Below are positions 6,933-15,460 of a stretch of DNA of 32,000 bases, one piece after another. The DNA is from Vibrio vulnificus CMCP6. Lineage in GTDB: Bacteria > Pseudomonadota > Gammaproteobacteria > Enterobacterales > Vibrionaceae. The notes under the pieces were generated by a model. That model searched no databases and was not told where the DNA came from. It saw nothing but the letters and a program-made list of their open reading frames with translations. Numbering within the stretch: position 1 is the first letter of the stretch; every line of letters begins with the position of its first letter. The DNA is taken from positions 1,020,001-1,052,000 of the forward strand of contig NC_004460.2 of the NCBI RefSeq assembly GCF_000039765.1, given 5' to 3'. The position numbers were made by a program, and so were the translations under genes.

Positions 6933-7887
6933 ATTCATCACTGGGATGACGATCAAAACTCTGCTCTGGCTGAATCACCCCATCAAAATAACTCTGCACG
7001 GTTTGATGAATCAGTTGATAGAGAGGGAAACCGCGTTTGGTACGCAAATAGCCACCACTTATCGCGATTTCTCGCATCTCTTTCGGCATGGCAGGCAAGG
7101 GAAATGTGCCGATTTGCGAATCAAACACCTTCATAAAATTGCTGCCATAAAGAATCGCATCTGAGTGTTTTAAGGCGCTGGTCAATACACGGACACTGTG
7201 AGTCACTAAAGTAAAATTGGCTTGATAACCCTTAGCCAAGTAGAGCTCTTCAATCGGTACCCGCTTTGAATTAATGCCATCGATAGCCAAACGTACGATA
7301 GGCAAAGGATGAATGGCTTGCCAATCACTGGTTTGACTCAAGATGGGGTGATCTTTTCGCGCCACCAAACAGAGTTTTACGTCTTGTAATTTATGGGTAT
7401 AGACTTCTTGCGGCAAAGGAAACGCCGAGAAATGGATCAGATAGTCAATCTTGCCATTAAGCAATTCGGCTAACGAATCTTCTTGCCAATACACCAGCTT
7501 AAACGTGGCCTGAGGCAGTGCCTGGCTGAGGGCAGCGTACAAGCCATCACCATAAAGTTCGAGGAAATAGATGTTCATCGCTAAAGTAATCTCACCGCGA
7601 AACGCCTCTGGCTCAAAACTTTGGTAAGACTCGACCACTTTTAGAATGGGGTTAAACATCTCTTCAGCGGCTTCTGCCAGCTTTTCGGCTAATTCAGAAG
7701 GCTCAACGCCGTGAGCTTTACGAATAAACAGGCCATCACCAAATGTCTCCCGCAGTTTTGCCATCCCTCGGCTAACGCTGGTTTGCGAAATGCCCAGTTT
7801 GTCGGCAGCTGCATGGGTATTGCGCGTCTCAACCACGGCCTGCAAAAGCTTGAGTAAGTTAAGATCTAAATCCTTTATGTCTTTCAT
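6931..7887 (-). CDS. LysR family transcriptional regulator
   Basis: 318 aa with an N-terminal wHTH (LDLNLLKLLQAVVETRNTHAAADKLGISQTSVSRGMAKLRETFGDGLFIR) and a LysR substrate-binding-type C-terminus. Confidence 0.9.
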   Translation of the reverse strand: MKDIKDLDLNLLKLLQAVVETRNTHAAADKLGISQTSVSRGMAKLRETFGDGLFIRKAHGVEPSELAEKLAEAAEEMFNPILKVVESYQSFEPEAFRGEITLAMNIYFLELYGDGLYAALSQALPQATFKLVYWQEDSLAELLNGKIDYLIHFSAFPLPQEVYTHKLQDVKLCLVARKDHPILSQTSDWQAIHPLPIVRLAIDGINSKRVPIEELYLAKGYQANFTLVTHSVRVLTSALKHSDAILYGSNFMKVFDSQIGTFPLPAMPKEMREIAISGGYLRTKRGFPLYQLIHQTVQSYFDGVIQPEQSFDRHPSDE

Positions 7888-8093
7888 GTCACACTCCTGT
7901 GTTCATCATCGCCAGCCTTGCTCTGCTGTTCACCGCAAAGCTGGGCAAATCACGGCAAAGATAGGCAAAGACGAGAGAGATGAAATAAGCATATTAACAT
8001 TAGCTAATAAACTCAAAGGGTTGTTTAGAAAAAACCACCGATCCACTCACCAAACGAACCATTCACATCATCCGAGATAAGGCGAGATAAGGG

Positions 8094-8128
8094 CAAACAA
8101 AAAAGGCCAGCGCATCACTGCACTGGCC
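8094..8128 (-). terminator. Rho-independent terminator after the outer-membrane protein gene
   Basis: GGCCAG...CTGGCC stem (8105-8128, extended with one mismatch), followed on the minus strand by TTTTTTGTTTG. Confidence 0.8.
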
Positions 8129-8148
8129 TGAAAAGCGTTTCCGCTATA

Positions 8149-8826
8149 TTAAAAAGCGCCTTCATAGGCGAAGAGTGACAGATTGTTACCGTCATCATAT
8201 TGATAGCGGTAGACCAAAGCACTGTTGCTATTGAGCCTAAATCCAAGGTGGGCGTGAACATCCCAATCTCTTAATTTTTTGTTTGGCCCATTTTTCTCTC
8301 TCAATGTCCCAAAGCTGTGATTGTATTCTGGCTTCAAACCAAACCAGATATTGCGCTGGCTATCCACCACCATATCAAGATGTGCTCGCGCGTAGTACAA
8401 ACTGCCGCTCATCTCTCGATGACGGAACTTATTGAGATCGCCACCCGGATAAAAACTCAAAATAGGACTGATGGGCATCTCATAGTAACTTCCTATTGAG
8501 AGTTCTTTTGCTCGGATATCACGGCCATCAAAATCAGAATCATTCAGATAGGCAACCAAGACACCTAATCCATCCCTTCTTTGCGCCTCAAAGCTGAAGT
8601 GATGGCGGTCAAAGTGGTGGTTGGTCACATAACCACTCAATAGGCTCCAATCGTGTTGCAGAGGGTGAGCATATTGCAATGCCAAATCAAACTCCCCGTC
8701 ACCATAACCGAGTTGCATTCCAGTGTAATGCTGGTGTGGATTAACAAATACGCTGGTTGTAGAGCCCATCGCCATTGGAGATATCATCAACCCAGTGAGC
8801 AAAAGTTGGATGGTTTTGAGTGTCAT
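8149..8826 (-). CDS. Putative outer-membrane beta-barrel protein (His-rich)
   Basis: With the start at MTLKTIQLLLTGLMISPMAMG the protein has a signal peptide. It shows alternating hydrophobic beta-strand patterns and a C-terminal ...LFAYEGAF ending in Phe, an OMP signature. The start is uncertain; in-frame alternatives exist at 8862 and 8922. Confidence 0.65.
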   Translation of the reverse strand: MTLKTIQLLLTGLMISPMAMGSTTSVFVNPHQHYTGMQLGYGDGEFDLALQYAHPLQHDWSLLSGYVTNHHFDRHHFSFEAQRRDGLGVLVAYLNDSDFDGRDIRAKELSIGSYYEMPISPILSFYPGGDLNKFRHREMSGSLYYARAHLDMVVDSQRNIWFGLKPEYNHSFGTLREKNGPNKKLRDWDVHAHLGFRLNSNSALVYRYQYDDGNNLSLFAYEGAF

Positions 8827-8945
8827 ATTGCTGTTCTCGTCATGCTGTTTAGAAACTCGCATGTTATGGGCCGTACGCCAAAAGAACGATGAATTACAGT
8901 AATTCAATTTTGTCGCCACCACAGCGGATATACTTAGGCTCTTTG

Positions 8946-8975
8946 TGCAAATTTGAATTTCTCAAATCCCTGTCA
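8946..8975 (+). repeat. Copy B of the 30-bp conserved upstream element
   Basis: TGCAAATTTGAATTTCTCAAATCCCTGTCA is 26/30 identical to 5115-5144. The ATAGTTCC block starts 49 nt downstream, the same offset as in copy A. Confidence 0.8.
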
Positions 8976-9060
8976 CCACACATGGTTGTCATGCATAGTT
9001 CCTCTCACTTTTGAGCCCCAAGGCTCGCTCTAGCCATGACTGAAAACAATGAGAGGAAAT

Positions 9061-9405
9061 ATGGAGTTAACCATTTATTTGAACGATCGGCCTTATCGCG
9101 TTTGCGATATGGGTGATGGGGAATGCAAGGTGGTGGTGATTCATGCCTTCCACCTAGAATCGCTCTGCGACTGGTACCACCGAGAGTCACTCTCCAACAC
9201 GCGCGTGATCATCGTGGATATTTCTCGCAGTTGGGCCAAGTCGTTGGATGAGCTCTCTTCAAACGATCAGGCACTGTTAGCCGCAGATTTGCACCTGCTT
9301 GCCGATGTTTACTGGCTCGATCACTTCCACATTGACACTGGCGCGCTGGATGAGCAGTTTACTCACCGCCTCAAGCAGGAATTTTATCCTCGGCAGATTC
9401 ACTGA
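9061..9405 (+). CDS. Hypothetical protein resembling the N-terminal half of an alpha/beta hydrolase but lacking the nucleophile elbow
   Basis: The ATG at 9061 follows GAGAGGAAA. The pattern KVVVIHAFH...TRVIIVDISRSW...LAADLHLLADVYWLDHFHIDTGAL mirrors beta3-beta5 of alpha/beta hydrolases, but GxSxG is replaced and the protein ends after 114 aa. It has its own terminator. Confidence 0.55.
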   Translation: MELTIYLNDRPYRVCDMGDGECKVVVIHAFHLESLCDWYHRESLSNTRVIIVDISRSWAKSLDELSSNDQALLAADLHLLADVYWLDHFHIDTGALDEQFTHRLKQEFYPRQIH

Positions 9406-9414
9406 GCCATGGCA

Positions 9415-9453
9415 ACGCCTAACGTGAATCTCTCGGTTAGGCGTGCGATTTTT
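9415..9453 (+). terminator. Rho-independent terminator
   Basis: A 9-bp stem ACGCCTAAC/GTTAGGCGT (9415-9423 and 9436-9444), followed by GCGATTTTTG. It overlaps the 3' end of the convergent AraC gene. Confidence 0.75.
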
Positions 9454-10216
9454 GCGTCACAAATGCCAGCGGGGTCTGCCCCGTTTGCTTTTTGAAAAAT
9501 GCGATAAACGCACTGTCTGAGGAAAAAGCCAGTTGGTGCGCCACTTCGCTGACGGGTAACGGTGTTGATAATAATTCGATCGCTTTCAACACCCGCCATT
9601 GTTGCCGCCATTCTTGGTACGACATGCCTGTATCTTGTTTAAACAAACGGGTAATGGTTTTGCTGCTGGCGCCCACTTGCTTCGCCAACTCGCCACAACT
9701 CGGCGCTAAGAAATCACTTCTTGCCAGTTGCTGACTCCATTTCTTCAGCCGGCGATCGGTGGGCAACGGCAGACGATAATCGTGTTGCTGCGCAGCAAAG
9801 AACTCTTCCCAAAACAGCGCTAGCGTATGCGTCATCTCTTGTTCATTTTTGTCCCAAGGCCAAAAAGCAATTCGCTCAATCAACGCACGCAGCAGTTCAT
9901 TGACCTCAATCACCGTTACCTTGTCTGGGCTATTTATCTCAGAGCAATCAAAGTAGAGCGAACGATAGGCCACCACATTGGTCATCACCGCCTGATGTGC
10001 CACCCTAGGAGGGATCCACACCGCTTTGGTGGGCGGTAAGATGCAGATTGCCCCTTCTAAGGCAAAGCTCATGCAACCTTTTGGCGCATAAAGCAACTGA
10101 CCTTTGTGGTGTTGGTGCATGCCAGAGTCGTGCTGTCCAACGTCTGCGGCAATGCCGATCACTCGGCCAGGCAGTCGATCGGCATTGAAGACGGTTAGAT
10201 GATTAATGATGGCCAT
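9437..10216 (-). CDS. AraC family transcriptional regulator (N-terminal cupin-like domain plus C-terminal double HTH)
   Basis: 259 aa. The C-terminus, LAKQVGASSKTITRLFKQDTGMSYQEWRQQWRVLKAIELL...VAHQLAFSSDSAFIAFFKKQTGQTP, is a typical AraC/XylS HTH pair. The gene is divergent from the MFS gene. Confidence 0.9.
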   Translation of the reverse strand: MAIINHLTVFNADRLPGRVIGIAADVGQHDSGMHQHHKGQLLYAPKGCMSFALEGAICILPPTKAVWIPPRVAHQAVMTNVVAYRSLYFDCSEINSPDKVTVIEVNELLRALIERIAFWPWDKNEQEMTHTLALFWEEFFAAQQHDYRLPLPTDRRLKKWSQQLARSDFLAPSCGELAKQVGASSKTITRLFKQDTGMSYQEWRQQWRVLKAIELLSTPLPVSEVAHQLAFSSDSAFIAFFKKQTGQTPLAFVTQKSHA

Positions 10217-10311
10217 ATGTCCGAATGTTGATATTTTTTGTTTTAATGTTATTAACTGGAAATTTTAGTCTCTCACTACACTAGGCACCAAGTTATTTTT
10301 GAGAGCAACTT

Positions 10312-11469
10312 ATGAAACAACTACCTTCACTTTGGCTCATGGTGTTACTGCTGATGCTGCCGCAGGTTGTCGAAACCATTTATAGCCCAGCGCTCACCGC
10401 CATCTCTGCCTCTTTTGCCGTGCCTGAGTACATCGCAGCGCAAACCCTGTCTGTCTATTTTGCAGCTTTTGCCTTTGGCGTGGTGTGTTGGGGCATTTTA
10501 TGTGATCGATGGGGGCGCCGACTAACCATGCTGCTTGGGCTGATTCTCTACGCTGGCGCATCACTACTGGCTATCGTGACCGACAGTTTTATTATGTTAA
10601 TGATCGCAAGAATCCTCAGTGCCTTTGGCATTGCGGTTGGATCCATTGTCACCCAAACCATGCTGAGAGACGCTTTTCAAGGCGAAGAGCTTGCCAAAGT
10701 TTTCTCTCTGATGGGATTAGGTATCGCGATTAGCCCAGTGTTGGGCATGCTGCTTGGCGGACAACTCGTCTCCTTGGGGGGCTATCGCTCCGTGTTTATC
10801 GCCCTGTTTGTCGCAGCGATGGCCGTGGTCACGCTTGCCTTCGCACGACTTCCTGAAACTCAACAAAAGCGAACTTCGACCGCACTGCTGCCACTGGCAA
10901 CAAAAATGGTCAAAGACGGCGAGATTTGGGCCGCCGCCCTACTGGTTGCACTGTATAACATCGCGTTGTTTGCCTATTACCAACTCGGTGGATTTGTGCT
11001 TGTTCAACTGGGCTATAGCGCTCGTGAGTTTGGCTATAGTGGCCTTGCGCTGGGGCTCGCAACGTTCTGTGCCAGCTATATCAATAAACGCTTGCTCGCG
11101 AGAAAAGTGTCTCAAACCACATTGTTGCGCCTTGCTGCCACATTGTTCGTGTTTGGTTCACTTGGGGTGTTTCTCTGTTTGAGCTCGATTTGGTTCTTAC
11201 TGCCGATGATGGGCGTCGTCATGGCCTTTGGCATCGCCATTCCGAATATTCTTAGTGGGGCTTTGCTTCACTACCGAGAGCATGCTGGCAGTGCTGGAGC
11301 ACTATTTGGGCTGATGTACTATCTGTTGATTGGCTTTGGCCTTGCGCTCGCCGCTCGCGTACAGCACTTAGGAGTCGTATTAGTGGGTTGTAGTTTACTC
11401 ATACTTTGCGTCATGCATCAGTCTAAACACCGCACTGACAGAGCAGTAACCATGAATAATAATGAGTAA
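10312..11469 (+). CDS. MFS transporter (Bcr/CflA-like drug efflux type)
   Basis: 385 aa and about 12 TM segments. The MFS motif-A-like sequence CDRWGRRLTM lies between TM2 and TM3. The gene is paired divergently with the AraC regulator. Confidence 0.88.
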   Translation: MKQLPSLWLMVLLLMLPQVVETIYSPALTAISASFAVPEYIAAQTLSVYFAAFAFGVVCWGILCDRWGRRLTMLLGLILYAGASLLAIVTDSFIMLMIARILSAFGIAVGSIVTQTMLRDAFQGEELAKVFSLMGLGIAISPVLGMLLGGQLVSLGGYRSVFIALFVAAMAVVTLAFARLPETQQKRTSTALLPLATKMVKDGEIWAAALLVALYNIALFAYYQLGGFVLVQLGYSAREFGYSGLALGLATFCASYINKRLLARKVSQTTLLRLAATLFVFGSLGVFLCLSSIWFLLPMMGVVMAFGIAIPNILSGALLHYREHAGSAGALFGLMYYLLIGFGLALAARVQHLGVVLVGCSLLILCVMHQSKHRTDRAVTMNNNE

Positions 11470-11524
11470 AAACATCAGAAAATAATACTCAAGCTAGCGC
11501 AAAGCATGAAAAAATCATCAAAAG

Positions 11525-11544
11525 CGCTAGCTTTCTTATTGAAT
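11525..11544 (+). repeat. Left copy of an imperfect direct repeat bracketing the AT-rich acyltransferase islet
   Basis: CGCTAGCTTTCTTATTGAAT matches 12804-12823 (CGCTAGCTTAATTATTCCAT) at 16/20 positions, with the first 9 nt identical. The left copy is also the right arm of a 10-bp inverted repeat (11491-11500 and 11524-11533). Confidence 0.6.
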
Positions 11545-11674
11545 AGAAAACTTTCATCTCTTCGATAACATTACAAGATCAAATCGACAAGGATAAAAAA
11601 AACATCATCAAGCATGAACTACACACATATCTAACAATTAATATGTCTACAGACAAATAAAAATGAGATAGGTT

Positions 11675-12727
11675 ATGTTCATTCAATCGATACACAACTT
11701 TAGAGCCATCGCCATTTTAATGGTGGTTATGGTTCATGTATACGCTTATGGATTAGAAAATACTCCATTTTATACGAGTGTTTTTAAGAACATTCTCAGC
11801 GGTTGTACTGCCTTGCTGGTTTTCATATCAGGATATATGTTTCATCATGTATTTTACAAGAACTTTAATTATTCAAAATTCATAAGCTCTAAATTTAGCA
11901 AAGTTGTCACACCCTATTTATTTTTGTCCACCATGGCTATATCCATGTTGTATGCAATGAAAGGGGGGTATTTTAGCTCAACCGCAGATTATGGAGATAT
12001 TGCATTTTTCAACGCAGATGATTCTGATCCCGTCACCATTTTAAAATACTACTTAACAGGCAGAATGATTACGGCTTATTGGTATATTCCTTGCGCTATC
12101 TTACTCTTCCTTTGCGCTCCACTACATGTAAAGTTTATTCATGCGGCCAGAAACCACCAGCTCATAACAATCGCTCTATTGTCAATATTATCCATTGTGG
12201 TTCATCGCTCCTATGAAAACATTAACCCAATACAGATGTTTATTTACTTCACACCGATATATCTACTGGGTATTTATGTTTCATTACACGGTAATCCGCA
12301 AAAAGATCGTTCGAAAACAAAAGCGTTTATGTTTACTCTATTGGCACTATTGATTGCCATTTATCAATCTTACACAGGTCATCAAGGGAACTATACAAAG
12401 GAAATATTTGAATTTAATGGTATTGATTTTATGTTTATTCAAAAATTCTTCCTTTGTTTGTCTGTTTATTATATTACCAATATATATGTATTTAACAATC
12501 GAATCATGAATACCATTGCTAATACCAGTTTTGCGATATTCTTCATTCATCCGTGGATTATCACCACACTAAAAAGATTGCCTTTCTATGGTGAGCAATC
12601 TTTGTATAACCCAATTTACTATTTCATGACCTTTGCGTTAGTGATCACAATTAGCACTTGCTCAGCTGTAATGCTAAAAAAATTGTTAAAGCCAAGAATA
12701 AAAACAAAATATATTATTGGTTACTAA
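11675..12727 (+). CDS. Acyltransferase family 3 (OafA/YrhL-like) integral membrane protein
   Basis: 350 aa and polytopic. The N-terminal FRAIAILMVVMVHVY and LVFISGYMFH motifs are typical of acyltransferase_3. The gene and its flanks are conspicuously AT-rich compared with neighbouring genes. Confidence 0.85.
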   Translation: MFIQSIHNFRAIAILMVVMVHVYAYGLENTPFYTSVFKNILSGCTALLVFISGYMFHHVFYKNFNYSKFISSKFSKVVTPYLFLSTMAISMLYAMKGGYFSSTADYGDIAFFNADDSDPVTILKYYLTGRMITAYWYIPCAILLFLCAPLHVKFIHAARNHQLITIALLSILSIVVHRSYENINPIQMFIYFTPIYLLGIYVSLHGNPQKDRSKTKAFMFTLLALLIAIYQSYTGHQGNYTKEIFEFNGIDFMFIQKFFLCLSVYYITNIYVFNNRIMNTIANTSFAIFFIHPWIITTLKRLPFYGEQSLYNPIYYFMTFALVITISTCSAVMLKKLLKPRIKTKYIIGY

Positions 12728-12803
12728 AGTTTTATCTTTCGCCATCATTCCATACTCTTCACAGAGATTGATACTCTTCCTCTGTGGAGTGACCTTTTTC
12801 CCT

Positions 12804-12823
12804 CGCTAGCTTAATTATTCCAT
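12804..12823 (+). repeat. Right copy of the direct repeat bracketing the acyltransferase islet
   Basis: See 11525-11544. The copy lies just after the hairpin TTCACAGAG...CTCTGTGGA (about 12768-12789) downstream of the acyltransferase stop. Confidence 0.6.
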
Positions 12824-12883
12824 TCGCGTATACTTCTCTCGTTTACACAAAAACTACAATATCAACACAAAGAAAATACACTT

Positions 12884-13780
12884 ATGTCTGCTGCTAGCTT
12901 TTTTCGTCTCGTCTGCCTTGCTGCTATTTGGGGAAGTTCATTCCTATTTATGCGCATCGCAGCTCACAGTTTTGGTCCTGCGTATCTCATTGAGCTTCGT
13001 GTGTTGTTTGCTGCCATCAGTTTACTGCTGGTCTCCCTCTACCTGCGCAAACACATCCGTGCGTTGCTCAGTCATCCAAAACACTTTTTTATCATTGGCC
13101 TGTTCAATACGGCATTGCCTTTTCTGTGCTTTGCCTACGCAGCGCAAACCTTGAATGCCTCTACGCTAGCGGTACTCAACTCGACCGCGGCAATTTGGGG
13201 CACTGTGATTGGTTTTTTCTGGCATAAAACCCCCATTTCCACCAAAGGGGTGATCGGCTTGATGTTAGGGGTGACAGGGGTGGTGGTGCTCGTGGGTTGG
13301 GATGCCATCAATCTTGGTCAGCAAGCCGCACTGCCTATCACTGCTGGCGTCATGGCCGCATGTTGCTACGGCATAGCAACAAACTACACCAAAGGAGCGC
13401 CACAAGTGCCGGCCTTCGCCAATGCACATGGCAGTATGTGGGCTGCCGTGCTGATTGTGTTGCCTTTGCTGCCTTTTGTTCCGATGAATGCGATGCCAAC
13501 CTCGATTGAGTGGCTCTCAGTCTTTGCACTTGGCATTTTGTGCACGGGCATTGCTTACTTGATGTATTTCCGTCTGATCAGTGAAATAGGCCCAGCGTCG
13601 GCCTTGTCTGTGACTTTTTTGATCCCGGTATTTGGCATCCTCTGGGGATATTTAATCCTCAATGAACCTATTGGTATCAATACCTTAGCTGGCACTATTT
13701 TGGTTTTGAGTGGCACCATGATGGTGACGGGCTTTTCGCTACGCTCTGCGCTTTCATCTCCGCAAGCAAAACAATCATAG
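12884..13780 (+). CDS. DMT superfamily (EamA-type) transporter
   Basis: 298 aa and about 10 TM segments, with a duplicated EamA-like architecture (AAIWGSSFLFMRIA...). Confidence 0.88.
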   Translation: MSAASFFRLVCLAAIWGSSFLFMRIAAHSFGPAYLIELRVLFAAISLLLVSLYLRKHIRALLSHPKHFFIIGLFNTALPFLCFAYAAQTLNASTLAVLNSTAAIWGTVIGFFWHKTPISTKGVIGLMLGVTGVVVLVGWDAINLGQQAALPITAGVMAACCYGIATNYTKGAPQVPAFANAHGSMWAAVLIVLPLLPFVPMNAMPTSIEWLSVFALGILCTGIAYLMYFRLISEIGPASALSVTFLIPVFGILWGYLILNEPIGINTLAGTILVLSGTMMVTGFSLRSALSSPQAKQS

Positions 13781-13871
13781 TTTTGTATGGTTTTGTCATG
13801 AATTATTGAAATTAAACAGCGTTCAATTAGGATTAAGGCCCTGTTCCTTGTTCCTTTTTTGAGCTGTTGAA

Positions 13872-14402
13872 ATGAAAAAAACGTTATTGCTATTCCTCCT
13901 TCCTTTTGTTCTGACTGCCTGCTCTTCGATGAGCCCTGAAGAATGTCGTAGCGCCAATTGGCAACAAATTGGCTATTTAGATGGGCAAAATGGCGTCAAT
14001 CCCACGGTGATCAGTGACTATGTAAAAGATTGTCGTGATGCGGGTGTTTACCCAGATCAAGAGATGTGGCAGCGTGGCTTTGAGCAAGGCACCGTACTCT
14101 ACTGCTCAGCAGATAACGGCTACCGCGTCGGTAAGCAAGGCCGCGAATACTACGGCGTGTGCAACAACGAACGTTTTCTCGAAAACTATCAGAAAGGTTA
14201 TCAAGATTATCTGGTTCAAAAGCGACTCAATGAGATCAACAAAGAAATCAGCGATATTGATACACAACTGCGAATGCTCAAAAACGATAACGAAAACAAA
14301 CAGCAGAGAAAAACGCTGGAAAGTCGACGTAAAGAGCTCATTCGCGAACGTACATCACTGATTGTGCCAACGCGTTCTTACAATCTGAAGTTTTCGTTTT
14401 GA
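13872..14402 (+). CDS. DUF2799-like lipoprotein with a C-terminal coiled coil
   Basis: Lipobox LTAC. Repeated C...W...G..DG..G-type segments (CRSANWQQIGYLDGQNG; WQRGFEQG; YRVGKQG) match my recollection of DUF2799. The tail is charged and helical. Confidence 0.7.
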   Translation: MKKTLLLFLLPFVLTACSSMSPEECRSANWQQIGYLDGQNGVNPTVISDYVKDCRDAGVYPDQEMWQRGFEQGTVLYCSADNGYRVGKQGREYYGVCNNERFLENYQKGYQDYLVQKRLNEINKEISDIDTQLRMLKNDNENKQQRKTLESRRKELIRERTSLIVPTRSYNLKFSF

Positions 14403-14559
14403 GCATAACGGGCTCAAGCGCGAAACATTAGGTTGATTGTGCTGCACGAGATGAAAGTTTGATGAATTTTTCAAACTTCTTACATACAGACGTTGCAATG
14501 CCTCGTTGAACTGGGCACTCTCAAGCAGAAGCAACCTCTCGTATTCTGGAATAATAAAT

Positions 14560-15207
14560 ATGAATATCATCAAACCGTTAACATGCATTTTGGCAATGAG
14601 TATCAGCGGCTTGGCAACTGCTGCTGTTACCCTACATGTACCAGATGACGTCACTCTGTTTGTCGCCAACGGGCAAAAAGCCAAGCTCTCTGGCAGCCTA
14701 TTTGCCTCTTCAAAAACCATTGAATTGCCAAATGGTGAAAACCAAATCGTCTTTCAATACGAACCCTACTTCAGCCAAGGTAATGATCGTATTGGCGTCG
14801 AGAGTAACGTGATCATCGCGAAATTTTCAGCCAACGATACCGACCTCAACTTCGAGCTGCCAAAGTATCGTGATCACCGTGTTGCAGAGCAGGAAATCAA
14901 ACAAATGCAGTGGCAGTTGGTCGATGAACAAGGCGCAGCTGTGACCAAATCTGAAGACAAACTGGTGAAATCCGGCATGCAGATTGGCCGAGACTACGCG
15001 CGTGAAGCAGCAGATTACAACCAAACTGGCGGTATCGCGGCAATCGGTACAGCGGTGTCAGTGGCCACAATTAAGACTGAGCCAGTGGCAAACGTCGAAA
15101 CCAAAGTGAAGGCGGGAGATAACACCGCAGAAGAGATGCTGCACTTCTGGTATGACAAAGCCGATGAGGCCACCAAAGCGCGTTTCAAAGCCTACATCAA
15201 TCAATAA
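14560..15207 (+). CDS. UPF0319 / YccT (DUF2057) family periplasmic protein
   Basis: Start at MNIIKPLTCILAMSISGLATA (signal peptide). The protein is collinear with E. coli YccT as recalled (LHVPDDVTLFVANGQK...IELPNGENQIVF... and the C-terminal LHFWYDKADEATKARFKAY). Confidence 0.8.
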   Translation: MNIIKPLTCILAMSISGLATAAVTLHVPDDVTLFVANGQKAKLSGSLFASSKTIELPNGENQIVFQYEPYFSQGNDRIGVESNVIIAKFSANDTDLNFELPKYRDHRVAEQEIKQMQWQLVDEQGAAVTKSEDKLVKSGMQIGRDYAREAADYNQTGGIAAIGTAVSVATIKTEPVANVETKVKAGDNTAEEMLHFWYDKADEATKARFKAYINQ

Positions 15208-15460
15208 CCCGCAAAATGGCTTAAGCAAGTAGGAGGTGTTCATCACCTCCTCTTCTCACCTAACCTTGCCATCCATGCACAACCACTCTACCCTCTCTCC
15301 CGATCTTTTTAGCCCTTCGTTGCTCGCCGTTGATTTCGAACGACCAATACCTAAGCTTCTTCCATCAGCATTGTTTTTATTTGCTCTTTACTGAAAGCTC
15401 AGCACCACCACTTCGGTCTTATCCAAACTAAAATAGAAAAAACAACCAAATGAGAGAACG

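Noticed and set aside
8074-8092. Tandem duplication GAGATAAGG-C-GAGATAAGG downstream of the OMP terminator
   Set aside because: There are only two short units and no obvious positional relation to a promoter or gene start. It is probably a slippage duplication.
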